In this document: piece by piece, positions 37,592-46,008 of the stretch
Numbering within the stretch: position 1 is the stretch's first letter
Layout: every line of letters begins with the position of its first letter
Origin: Myxococcales bacterium
GTDB lineage: Bacteria > Myxococcota_A > Polyangia > Polyangiales > Polyangiaceae
Length of the DNA: 64,000 bases
Direction of reading: 5' to 3'
Assembly: GCA_043747615.1 (NCBI GenBank)
Contig: JAYTOU010000027.1
Span: forward strand, 1-64,000
Program-made: the position numbers and the translations under genes
Notes under the pieces: generated by a model
Told to the model about the DNA's origin: nothing
The model's database searches: none
The model's input: the letters and a program-made list of their open reading frames with translations, nothing else

Positions 37592-39874
37592 GTGGTCACC
37601 GTATTGAAGAGACTGCTCTTCGCCACGGCGGGAGGAGTGACCGCCGCCACGCTCGTCGGCCTCGTCGAAGCGCGCGTGGCGTGGCTTGCCGGCACGGGGT
37701 CGAACGCGCCGTCGTACGGCTCTCTCGTGGCGGCTGACGTCGCGGTGCTCGCGCCTCTCGCTCTTGGCGTCTCCATGGCGGTCGGCGTTCTCATGATTTT
37801 CCTCGAGCCTGAGAGGGCCATTCCGCCGCGGGAGCACGTGTCCTCGATTCGCGCGCAACCCGTGCTCACGCGCTCCCGGACGGCGGCCCTCGCGCCGCTG
37901 GGGGTCCTCGTCGCCTTTGCGTGGTGCCTCGGATGCGCTCATCTCGGGCGCGCGCTCTTGTCGTCCGGAAGCCCCTTTAGCGCCGGTGTGGAGCTTGCGC
38001 TCGGCGCGTTGGCCATGCTCGTTGCCCTCGCCGCGTGCGGGCTGGCGCTTCTCCCGCCCCTTCGAAAAACCTTGGCCCGTGGCTCCGCGCGAAGCCCGCG
38101 CATGCTCGACCCGGTGGTCACCGGAGGGGTGGCGTTCCTGGCCATGGCCGTCCTTTTTGCGTGGGGAGTGTATGCCGGTGACACGGGCGGCGAAGGGGGC
38201 GGAGCGTTGGGAATTTTCGCCGTGCTCAAGCGGACCGAGCTTGATCTGAGGCCGGTCATCGACCTCGTGGCGATGGCCACGGGGGCGTACGCCGCGCCGG
38301 TTGCTGCCGCTGAAGACAATCGATCGGGAGCGCGTCCACTGCTCATAGCGCTCGTTCTACTCGTCACTCCTCTGGCGATCACCGTCCGCGAGGGGTCGGT
38401 GCTCAACCACGAGTCGCTCGTCGCGCGCTCGATCGAGCGAAGTGCGCCGCTCGGGAAGCTCGCCCTCCAGCTCCTCCGTAAGGCTACGGATCGCGATCAC
38501 GACGGTGCATCGCCGTACTTCGGCGGAGGCGACTGCGACGACCACGATGTTACCCGGTCGCCTTTGGCCATCGACGTCCCGGGCAACGGCATCGACGAGG
38601 ACTGCTCGGGCGGCGATCTTCCAGCCCCTCTGCCCGTGAGAGTCCCCCCTCCGCCCGTTGTGGCACTTCGCACCATCCCGACCGATCTCAACTTGATTCT
38701 GATCACCATCGATACGCTCCGCACCGACGTTGGGTTCATGGGCTACGAAAAGCCGGTCAGCCCAAACCTCGACAAATTAGCTGCGAAAAGCGTGATCTTC
38801 GATCGGGCGTACGCCATGGCCTCGTACACCGGCAAGAGCCTCGGGCCGATGCTCATCGGAAAATATCCGAGCGAGACGATGCGCAACACGTCGCACTTCA
38901 ACACGTACGACGCCTCCAACACATTCGTCGCCGAGCGCCTCAAAAAGCAGGGCCTCCGCACTTTCGGGGCCGCCTCCCACTGGTACTTCAACGGCTGGAG
39001 CGGGCTTACGCAGGGCATGACGGAGTGGGATCTCTCCGCCAAGCCGAGCAGCGGCCAGGGAGACACGGACAACTCGACGACGAGCAAAGAGCTCACCGAC
39101 GCCGCGCTGCGCGAGCTCGCGCGACCAGAGAACACGGGCGGCCGCTTCTTCATGTGGGTCCATTATTTCGATCCCCACGCTCAGTATTTGGCGCACGAAG
39201 GCTCGCCGAATTTTATGAGCGGAACGACCGCGATCGAAGCAACAAAGGCTGCGTACGACGCCGAGGTGTGGTTCACCGACAAGCAACTCGGGAGGCTGTT
39301 CGAAAAAATCGAAACCGAAGCGTGGGGAAAAAATACGGCGATCGTCATCACGGCCGATCACGGTGAAGCCTTCGCCGATCACGCCATGAGCTTTCACGGA
39401 GGCGAGCTCTGGGAGTCGCTCGTGCATGTCCCGCTCGTGATCTATATCCCCGGCGCGGAGCCACGGCACGTGCCCGTGAAGCGCGGTCACATCGATCTCG
39501 TCCCGACGCTGCTGGCGATCATGGGCTTCCCACTCTCCGATCCCTCCGAGCTGTCGGGTGAGAGCATGCTCAGCGACGTCCTCGGTGCGCCGGGAACCGA
39601 GCTCGCGGAGCGCGATATCTACTTCGATATGCCGGCCAGCCCGTACAGCCAGATGCGGCGAGGAATGCTCCACGGAAAGACTCCGGGGATGAAGCTCATT
39701 CACCTCGGCGGCAACAACTACAATCTCTTCGATCTCGAAAGCGATCCGGGCGAGCGCGAAGACCTCGTGACCGACCGCGCGAAGTTCGACCCCGTCTACG
39801 CCGCGTTCCAAGAGCAGCGTGCGCGACTGAAAGAAGTAGAGCCGCGGGCCGATCCCACGGATCTTCCGCAGTGA
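37592..39874 (+). CDS. Membrane-anchored sulfatase-like (alkaline phosphatase superfamily) hydrolase/transferase with MopE-like repeat
   Basis: Several TM helices; DRDHDG..GGGDCDD...PGNGIDEDCSG; LITIDTLR, FDPH, TADHGE. Thr (ASYTGKS) replaces the CxPxR motif. Start 37592 or 37538. Confidence 0.85.
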   Translation: MVTVLKRLLFATAGGVTAATLVGLVEARVAWLAGTGSNAPSYGSLVAADVAVLAPLALGVSMAVGVLMIFLEPERAIPPREHVSSIRAQPVLTRSRTAALAPLGVLVAFAWCLGCAHLGRALLSSGSPFSAGVELALGALAMLVALAACGLALLPPLRKTLARGSARSPRMLDPVVTGGVAFLAMAVLFAWGVYAGDTGGEGGGALGIFAVLKRTELDLRPVIDLVAMATGAYAAPVAAAEDNRSGARPLLIALVLLVTPLAITVREGSVLNHESLVARSIERSAPLGKLALQLLRKATDRDHDGASPYFGGGDCDDHDVTRSPLAIDVPGNGIDEDCSGGDLPAPLPVRVPPPPVVALRTIPTDLNLILITIDTLRTDVGFMGYEKPVSPNLDKLAAKSVIFDRAYAMASYTGKSLGPMLIGKYPSETMRNTSHFNTYDASNTFVAERLKKQGLRTFGAASHWYFNGWSGLTQGMTEWDLSAKPSSGQGDTDNSTTSKELTDAALRELARPENTGGRFFMWVHYFDPHAQYLAHEGSPNFMSGTTAIEATKAAYDAEVWFTDKQLGRLFEKIETEAWGKNTAIVITADHGEAFADHAMSFHGGELWESLVHVPLVIYIPGAEPRHVPVKRGHIDLVPTLLAIMGFPLSDPSELSGESMLSDVLGAPGTELAERDIYFDMPASPYSQMRRGMLHGKTPGMKLIHLGGNNYNLFDLESDPGEREDLVTDRAKFDPVYAAFQEQRARLKEVEPRADPTDLPQ

Positions 39875-39917
39875 CGCCCGAGGCGCCGAGCGGAGCTGAC
39901 TCTCGGCTGACTTCCGT

Positions 39918-40571
39918 TCAGACGAGGAGCGCCAAGAGCTCGTAGAGCGAGGCGACGATCACGTCGGGTTCTGCGGCTCGGAGGCGCGCCGAGTCGACGA
40001 AGCCATCGAGCACGCCAATCGTCGCGCATCCCGCAGCTCTACCGGCTCCCACGTCTTGAGGGCCGTCGCCGACGACCCACGAAGCCTCCGGCCGCTCGCC
40101 GATTGTCTTGAGCACGGCGTGGATGGACCACGGATCGGGCTTGAGAGGTCCGTCTCCACCAGCGGCGATCGCGGCGAAGCGGGGCAGGAGTCCGATCGCC
40201 TCGAGAACGAGGAGCGTCGTCGTCCGCGGTTTGTTCGTCGCGAGTCCGATGGGCACGGGGGCAAGCGCATCGAGGACCTCCAGAGCTCCAGGCAGAAGAA
40301 CCGTGTAGACGGCTGGATGCGCTTGGTAATACGCGTGGAACGCCGTGAGAGGACCGTCGAGCTCTGGGCTCTTCGCCGGTACGTCGAACGCGCGCGCGAG
40401 CAGCATCCGCGCTCCGTCGCCTACGAACGTGCGGACCGTTTCCATGGGAAGTGGCGCGCGCCCGTGCGATACGAGAGCGTGATTGCAGGCCGCGGCGATG
40501 TCTTCGCGCGAGTCGATGAGCGTTCCGTCGAGATCGAAGATGACGGCGCGCGGGGAAAAAAGCTTACCCAC
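39918..40571 (-). CDS. gph: HAD hydrolase, phosphoglycolate phosphatase-like
   Basis: FDLDGTLIDS, ATNK, KPDP, VVGDGPQD. Confidence 0.85.
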   Translation of the reverse strand: MGKLFSPRAVIFDLDGTLIDSREDIAAACNHALVSHGRAPLPMETVRTFVGDGARMLLARAFDVPAKSPELDGPLTAFHAYYQAHPAVYTVLLPGALEVLDALAPVPIGLATNKPRTTTLLVLEAIGLLPRFAAIAAGGDGPLKPDPWSIHAVLKTIGERPEASWVVGDGPQDVGAGRAAGCATIGVLDGFVDSARLRAAEPDVIVASLYELLALLV

Positions 40572-40601
40572 AGCGCGCCGAGTCTAGCCGACCGGGACGA
40601 G

Positions 40602-41264
40602 CTACGCTGCGTTCTCGAGCGAGGCGTTGTCGTGTTTGCTGGCGCGGCGATGACTTGCGGGGGCCGCCTCCTCACGCGCTTCGATCGCGACAGGAGTTCC
40701 GTCGAGGATCGCGCGGAGGCGCGAGCGTGCGCGGTGAAGACGCGAGCGAACGGCGCTCTCGCTGAGATCAAACCGGTCGGCAATTTCCTGGAGCCCGAGG
40801 TCCAGGTGGTAGTGGGCGACGACGACCTCGCGGTAGTCTTCCGGAAGCTCGGCCAGTGCGCTGCGCACGCGTGCATCACGCTCGCTGTTGGCAGCTCCGA
40901 CGTCGCCGCGATCGAAAAGCTCGGCGTCGTTCGACGCGGGGAGCGCTCCGAGCTCCTCGAAATCAAGCCCTTCGACGAGGCGCGCGCGGTGCCGCCGCTG
41001 CGAGCGCATCATCATCAGCGCTTCGTTGGCGGTGACCCGAAAGAGCCAGGTCGAAAAGCTCGAGTCGCCACGGAAGCTGGCGAGCCGACGCACGACTTGC
41101 ATGAGGGTTGCCTGAAGCAGATCACGGCGATCCTCGTCCGCCACGGGGTAACGGAGAAGCTGCCGCTCGATGTGAGGACAGAGGCTCGACACGAGAGCAT
41201 TCAGCGCTCGGGTTTCTCCATCCACAGCGCGGCTAATAAGGGTGCGTTCGATCGCGAATGCCAT
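40602..41264 (-). CDS. ECF RNA polymerase sigma factor
   Basis: DLLQ...SFRGDSSFSTWLFRVTAN (region 2), LQEIA...AVRSRLHRAR (region 4); ATG 41264 with GAGG upstream. Confidence 0.92.
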   Translation of the reverse strand: MAFAIERTLISRAVDGETRALNALVSSLCPHIERQLLRYPVADEDRRDLLQATLMQVVRRLASFRGDSSFSTWLFRVTANEALMMMRSQRRHRARLVEGLDFEELGALPASNDAELFDRGDVGAANSERDARVRSALAELPEDYREVVVAHYHLDLGLQEIADRFDLSESAVRSRLHRARSRLRAILDGTPVAIEAREEAAPASHRRASKHDNASLENAA

Positions 41265-41414
41265 TGGTGAGCCTCGGGGTGACGGGGCGTCCGCTCTTGC
41301 GCGGCGCGGTCGGTAGCTGCTCTTTTCGCAGCCAGTGCGACTCATTGCGAACGTCGTGCCGCATGTCTTGACGTTGACCGACGAGATGAACCCAGGGAGA
41401 CTCCCGGGCCTCCC

Positions 41415-42641
41415 ATGCCGCCTCCCGGAATGCGCAACGACCCTTCTTTTCCCCTTCCTGGCGGCATGCGGGACCTACTTCCGGGCGACGCGCTTCGCCG
41501 CCGCGACCTTGCGCAGCGCTTGCTTGACCGCTTCGCGCTGCATGGGTACGCGCTCGTCAATACCCCTGCGTTCGAGTTCGCGAGCGTTTTGGAGCGGGGA
41601 CTGGGCACTCTTGACCCGAAGGACGTGCTTCGTTTCGTAGAGCCTGAGTCGGGTGAGGTAGCCGCCCTCGGCCCCGATATGACGCCTCAGATTGCGCGCA
41701 TGATCGCCACACGCCTACGAAATCGCCACACGCCGTACCGCCTTTGCTACGAAGGGACGGTCCTCCGGCGGCGAAGTGGCCGCGCGCGGAAGCACCGCCA
41801 GATCCCGCAGGTGGGTATCGAGCTCGCGGGGGCCCCCGGCCTTCAGGGCGATATCGAAGTGCTCACCTTAGCGATCGAGGGCTTTCGTGCGGCAGGGTTG
41901 GAGGAATTTACGATCGACCTTGGCGAAGCAAGCATCGTCCGCACTTTGTTGGATGGCGCCGCGGACCATGTGGTCGCGCGTGTCAGTCGTGCTCTTGCAA
42001 AGAAGGACGAGCTCGAGCTCGAGGCCTGCGCTCGCGAAGAAGGCACACCCGCCCTCCTCGTCGAGCTCGTTCGGCTCCACGGCGGCCGAGAAGCCCTCAC
42101 CTCTGCGCGGCGACTCCTGGCGAACGGTCCAGGTGAAGCGGGACTCCGGCGGCTCGAGACGCTGTTCGAAGCGGCGTGCGCGCGCGGGCTCGAGCGTCAC
42201 CTCACGGTCGACCTCGGAGAAGCGAAGGGCTTCGAGTACTATACAGGTCCCACTTTCCACGTGTACGCACCGGGGCCTGGCGAGGTGCTCGGGGCAGGCG
42301 GTCGCTACGACGACTTGCTCGCCCGCTTCGGGGTGCCGATGCCCGCGGTCGGCTTCGGCTACGATCTCGACTCTGTTGCCTGGGCGCTTCGCGAGGCCAA
42401 CGTCGTGTCGAAAACGCCGCTCCGCGTAGTCGTGGTGAAGCCCGCGCCGGGCGAGCTCGGGAGCTTCCGAGCAAGCGCCGTCGCCGCTGTGGAGGCGGAG
42501 GATCGCGAAAATGCCCTAAACTATGCGGCAGATTGGGGCTGTCGCTTCGTCCTCGACGGCAAGACCCTCTTCGACGTGCAGAGCGGCACCGAGATCGATT
42601 CGACCGATCCCGTAGCAGACGTCCTTCGATCAAACGGCTAG
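41415..42641 (+). CDS. hisZ: ATP phosphoribosyltransferase regulatory subunit
   Basis: LPGGMRDLLP, TPAFE, PDMTPQIAR, QVGIEL, YYTG, GGRYDDL; adjacent to purA. Confidence 0.88.
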   Translation: MPPPGMRNDPSFPLPGGMRDLLPGDALRRRDLAQRLLDRFALHGYALVNTPAFEFASVLERGLGTLDPKDVLRFVEPESGEVAALGPDMTPQIARMIATRLRNRHTPYRLCYEGTVLRRRSGRARKHRQIPQVGIELAGAPGLQGDIEVLTLAIEGFRAAGLEEFTIDLGEASIVRTLLDGAADHVVARVSRALAKKDELELEACAREEGTPALLVELVRLHGGREALTSARRLLANGPGEAGLRRLETLFEAACARGLERHLTVDLGEAKGFEYYTGPTFHVYAPGPGEVLGAGGRYDDLLARFGVPMPAVGFGYDLDSVAWALREANVVSKTPLRVVVVKPAPGELGSFRASAVAAVEAEDRENALNYAADWGCRFVLDGKTLFDVQSGTEIDSTDPVADVLRSNG

Positions 42642-42680
42642 TCTGGCGGCCGTGAAACCCTGGCGACGTAAGGAGAATCG

Positions 42681-43973
42681 ATGAGCGCGGTTGTGATCGT
42701 CGGAGCGCAGTGGGGCGACGAGGGCAAAGGAAAGATCGTCGACATCTTCACCGAGTTCGCTCACATGGTGGTGCGCTACGCCGGCGGCCCGAACGCAGGC
42801 CACACCCTCGTCGTCGGAAACAACGAGAAGGTGGTGGTGCGTCTCATTCCAAGCGGCATTCTGCGGCCGGAAACGCGGTGCGTCCTCGCTCAGGGAATGG
42901 CCATCGACCCCACGAGCTTGGTCGGCGAAATCGACGAGCTCGCCAAGCGCGGCTACGGAAAAGACGGGCAGCTCGCGCTCTCCGATCGCGCACACACCAT
43001 TCTGCCGTACCACGTGCTCGTCGACACGCTGCGTGAGCAAGGCGAAGGTGCCATCGGAACGACGAAGCGCGGCGTCGGACCTTGCTACGAAGACAAGGCC
43101 GCACGACGCGGCATCACGATGGGAATGCTCCGCGATCTCAAGGAGACCGAGAAGCGTGTGGCCTGGGCCCTCGAGGGTTGGCGTCCGGTCATTGCGGCTC
43201 TCGGAGGAGAGCCTCCCACGGTTGGGTCGATCATGGAGACGCTCGCGCGCCTTCAGCCTCGCATCGTGCCGCTCCTCACGGACGCAGCGCTACTCGTCGA
43301 TGGCGCGCTTCGCGAAAAAAAGAACGTCCTCTTCGAAGGTGCGCAGGGAACGCTGCTCGACATCGATCACGGCACCTATCCGTTCGTCACCTCCTCTACC
43401 GCCACCGCGGCGGGCGCGTGCACGGGGAGCGGCGTCGGGCCCACGCGCATCAACCGGGTCATCGGTCTCGTGAAGGCGTACACGACACGCGTCGGCGGTG
43501 GACCGTTTCCGACCGAGCTCCTCGACGAGACCGGAGAGCGTCTACGCAAGGCGGGGGCGGAATTCGGATCGGTAACCGGGCGGCCGCGCCGCTGTGGCTG
43601 GCTCGACGTTCCTGCGCTTCGCTATGCGTCGCGGATCAACGGTCTCGACGGCCTCGCGCTCACGAAGCTCGACGTGCTCACCGGCCTCGACGAGCTGCAG
43701 GTGTGCGTCCGCTACAAGACCCCACACGGCGAGACGAGCGAATTTCCGATCGACGGGCTCGCCACTGCGCAGCCCATTTACCGCTCGTTCAAGGGGTGGA
43801 ACGCCGACCTGTCCGGGGTGAAGAAACTGGAAGATCTTCCCACGCAAGCGCGTGAGTACATCGCGTTCATAGAGGCCGAGGTCGGCTGCGCTGCCACGCT
43901 CGTGAGCGTCGGGTCGCGCCGTGAGGAGACGATCTCGCTCGAGAATCCGTTCGAGGTAGCGCGCGGGTCTTGA
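42681..43973 (+). CDS. purA: Adenylosuccinate synthetase
   Basis: GAQWGDEGKGK, NAGHT, GTTKRGVGP, EGAQG, TGRPRRCGWLD, TKLD. Confidence 0.98.
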   Translation: MSAVVIVGAQWGDEGKGKIVDIFTEFAHMVVRYAGGPNAGHTLVVGNNEKVVVRLIPSGILRPETRCVLAQGMAIDPTSLVGEIDELAKRGYGKDGQLALSDRAHTILPYHVLVDTLREQGEGAIGTTKRGVGPCYEDKAARRGITMGMLRDLKETEKRVAWALEGWRPVIAALGGEPPTVGSIMETLARLQPRIVPLLTDAALLVDGALREKKNVLFEGAQGTLLDIDHGTYPFVTSSTATAAGACTGSGVGPTRINRVIGLVKAYTTRVGGGPFPTELLDETGERLRKAGAEFGSVTGRPRRCGWLDVPALRYASRINGLDGLALTKLDVLTGLDELQVCVRYKTPHGETSEFPIDGLATAQPIYRSFKGWNADLSGVKKLEDLPTQAREYIAFIEAEVGCAATLVSVGSRREETISLENPFEVARGS

Positions 43974-43995
43974 GGCTCTACACTCGATTCCAGCC

Positions 43996-44973
43996 ATGCT
44001 GAGCGCATTTCTGGGGTTGATCCTCTTCGCGCAGACGTCTTCCGGGCTCGGAGCTGGGTCAGTCGCGGGGTCGACCACGGGCGGTCGTCCGCAAGAGTGC
44101 GTGGGGCTCGACGGCGCGAATGGCGCAAACGTGTGGGAGCGCGCGAAGACGCCGGCGCTTCGGACGTATTGCAATCTCCTCGCGAGCGGGTCGTCGAAGC
44201 TCGCGGGCACGGTGATGATTTCCGATGCTTCGACCGATCCGCGTCGCGTGCAGAATTTGAAAGACGTGCTCGCCGTCGCCGATGAAGCGGACCGTACCGT
44301 CGCCGGAAAGACGGCGCCGAGCGTGCTGCGCGGCCGAGCGTTTGCGAGGCTCGGGGATTTTCCACGTGCCTACGCCGCGCTCCACGACGCGAAGGAGCGC
44401 GATGAGCGCGCGCTCGAAGATCCGGTAGCGCTCCTCGCATGGGGACGCGTCGCCCTCCGCACCGGGCACCTCGCAGAAGCGAGCGAGGCCTACCGCGCGC
44501 TCCTTCCGCGAGCGTCGGCGTTGCAACCGGCGGATCGCGGGGTTGCCTACCTCGAAGCTGGAATGATGGCCATGGCGCGCGGAGTCGGCGATCTCGACGA
44601 AGCGATCCAAATTTTTCGCCAGGCTCGGCGCGATTCGCAGGACGTCGCGCAGACCGTGGCGGTGCTCGCCCTCGCCCTCGCCCTCGATCGATCGGGCGAA
44701 CGCGACGAGGCGCGCGCCGTTCTCTCCGAGCGCATTCACACCGATCCCCACGGCGTCCTCAGCGACGCCCGCGCCCGCCAGATCCTCGGGCCCGCATCGG
44801 GTGAGTCGGAGGTGGACGCCCTCGCGGCCCTCGCGCTCGAACCGCTCGACGCGAATCTCGCTCGCGAATCGTGGAAGAAATATCTAGAAAAATCTCCACC
44901 GGCGGCATGGGTCGAACATGCGCGCGCGCACGAAGCAGCTCTGGGTGGAGCGAGGGGAGGGAAGCGCAAGTGA
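43996..44973 (+). CDS. Exported TPR protein
   Basis: Signal-like N-terminus and TPR-type helices. Confidence 0.75.
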   Translation: MLSAFLGLILFAQTSSGLGAGSVAGSTTGGRPQECVGLDGANGANVWERAKTPALRTYCNLLASGSSKLAGTVMISDASTDPRRVQNLKDVLAVADEADRTVAGKTAPSVLRGRAFARLGDFPRAYAALHDAKERDERALEDPVALLAWGRVALRTGHLAEASEAYRALLPRASALQPADRGVAYLEAGMMAMARGVGDLDEAIQIFRQARRDSQDVAQTVAVLALALALDRSGERDEARAVLSERIHTDPHGVLSDARARQILGPASGESEVDALAALALEPLDANLARESWKKYLEKSPPAAWVEHARAHEAALGGARGGKRK

Positions 44974-46007
44974 CCTCATTCCTGCGGCGATGCGCGCTCC
45001 TCGTGCTGCTTGCGACGAGCGTCTTTCACTCCACGAGCGCAAACGGCGAGACGCCCCCGAACGCGTGGGACGTGGCAAAAGATCCGCTCGTTCGCGATCG
45101 CTACAATCTCCACCTCGAGGTGCAGAAGTTGCTGGAAATTCGGGATCTGCCGCAGATCGGGTCGCTGCGAAACCTCACCGCCGATAGAGCGCGGGTGATG
45201 CTCGAGGCCGAGGATGCAGCGCAGAGTCCGGACCCGCGATTGCGCTTCGACTTAGGCGAGGTGTACGAGCTTCTCGAGCGCTACGATGCCGTCATCGGTG
45301 TGCTGGAGGGCGCGCTCGCCATGGCCCCGGATCATCCCGCGGCGACCCGAGCGTGGTTCGTCCTTGCCGGAGCCTACGCCCACAAGGACTCGGCGGAGGC
45401 GTCGCGAAAAGAGATCTCCGCGTACCGCGCGTACCTTGCGCGGGAGACGGACGACGAGGATCGCGCCATCGCCATGCTCAACCTCGCCGAGGCGGAGATG
45501 CACCTCGGTGAAATGGATTTTGCGGTCAGCGACTACCAAGAGTCGATGCGTCTCGCGGCGTCGTCACCGCGGGTGCGCGGCCCCATCACTGAAATTTTGG
45601 CCGTGTGGGGGCTCGCCGTCGCCTACGACCGGTCGGGCGATGCGACGGGCGCGACCGCCCAAGCCAAGCTCGCCACGCAGATGGATGACCGCGACCGGCT
45701 CATCAGCGATAAAAAATTCACGTTCTTCGTCCCTGAATACGAGCGCAACTGGTACCTCGGTCTCGCCGCCATGGCTCACGCGCGCAAAGAACAGGATCCG
45801 CGCCTCATCCTCGCCCACTGGGTGGACGCGGAGCAGCGCTGGGACGCGTACGTCGCGGGAGCGGAGAAGCCTTCGAGCGGCGATCGCTGGGCTGCGCGGG
45901 CCCGTTTTCATCGCGATTTCGTCCGCGCCGAGAGGGTGAAAGCCGCTGCACGGGTGGCGAAGCTTCCGCCTCAGCGCCACCCGACAGGCCTACCGACCGA
46001 TTTTTAG
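44970..46007 (+). CDS. Exported TPR protein
   Basis: GTGA overlap at 44970; signal peptide; LRFDLGEVYE, NLAEAEM, WGLAVAYDRSG. Confidence 0.75.
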   Translation: MTSFLRRCALLVLLATSVFHSTSANGETPPNAWDVAKDPLVRDRYNLHLEVQKLLEIRDLPQIGSLRNLTADRARVMLEAEDAAQSPDPRLRFDLGEVYELLERYDAVIGVLEGALAMAPDHPAATRAWFVLAGAYAHKDSAEASRKEISAYRAYLARETDDEDRAIAMLNLAEAEMHLGEMDFAVSDYQESMRLAASSPRVRGPITEILAVWGLAVAYDRSGDATGATAQAKLATQMDDRDRLISDKKFTFFVPEYERNWYLGLAAMAHARKEQDPRLILAHWVDAEQRWDAYVAGAEKPSSGDRWAARARFHRDFVRAERVKAAARVAKLPPQRHPTGLPTDF

Positions 46008-46008
46008 A

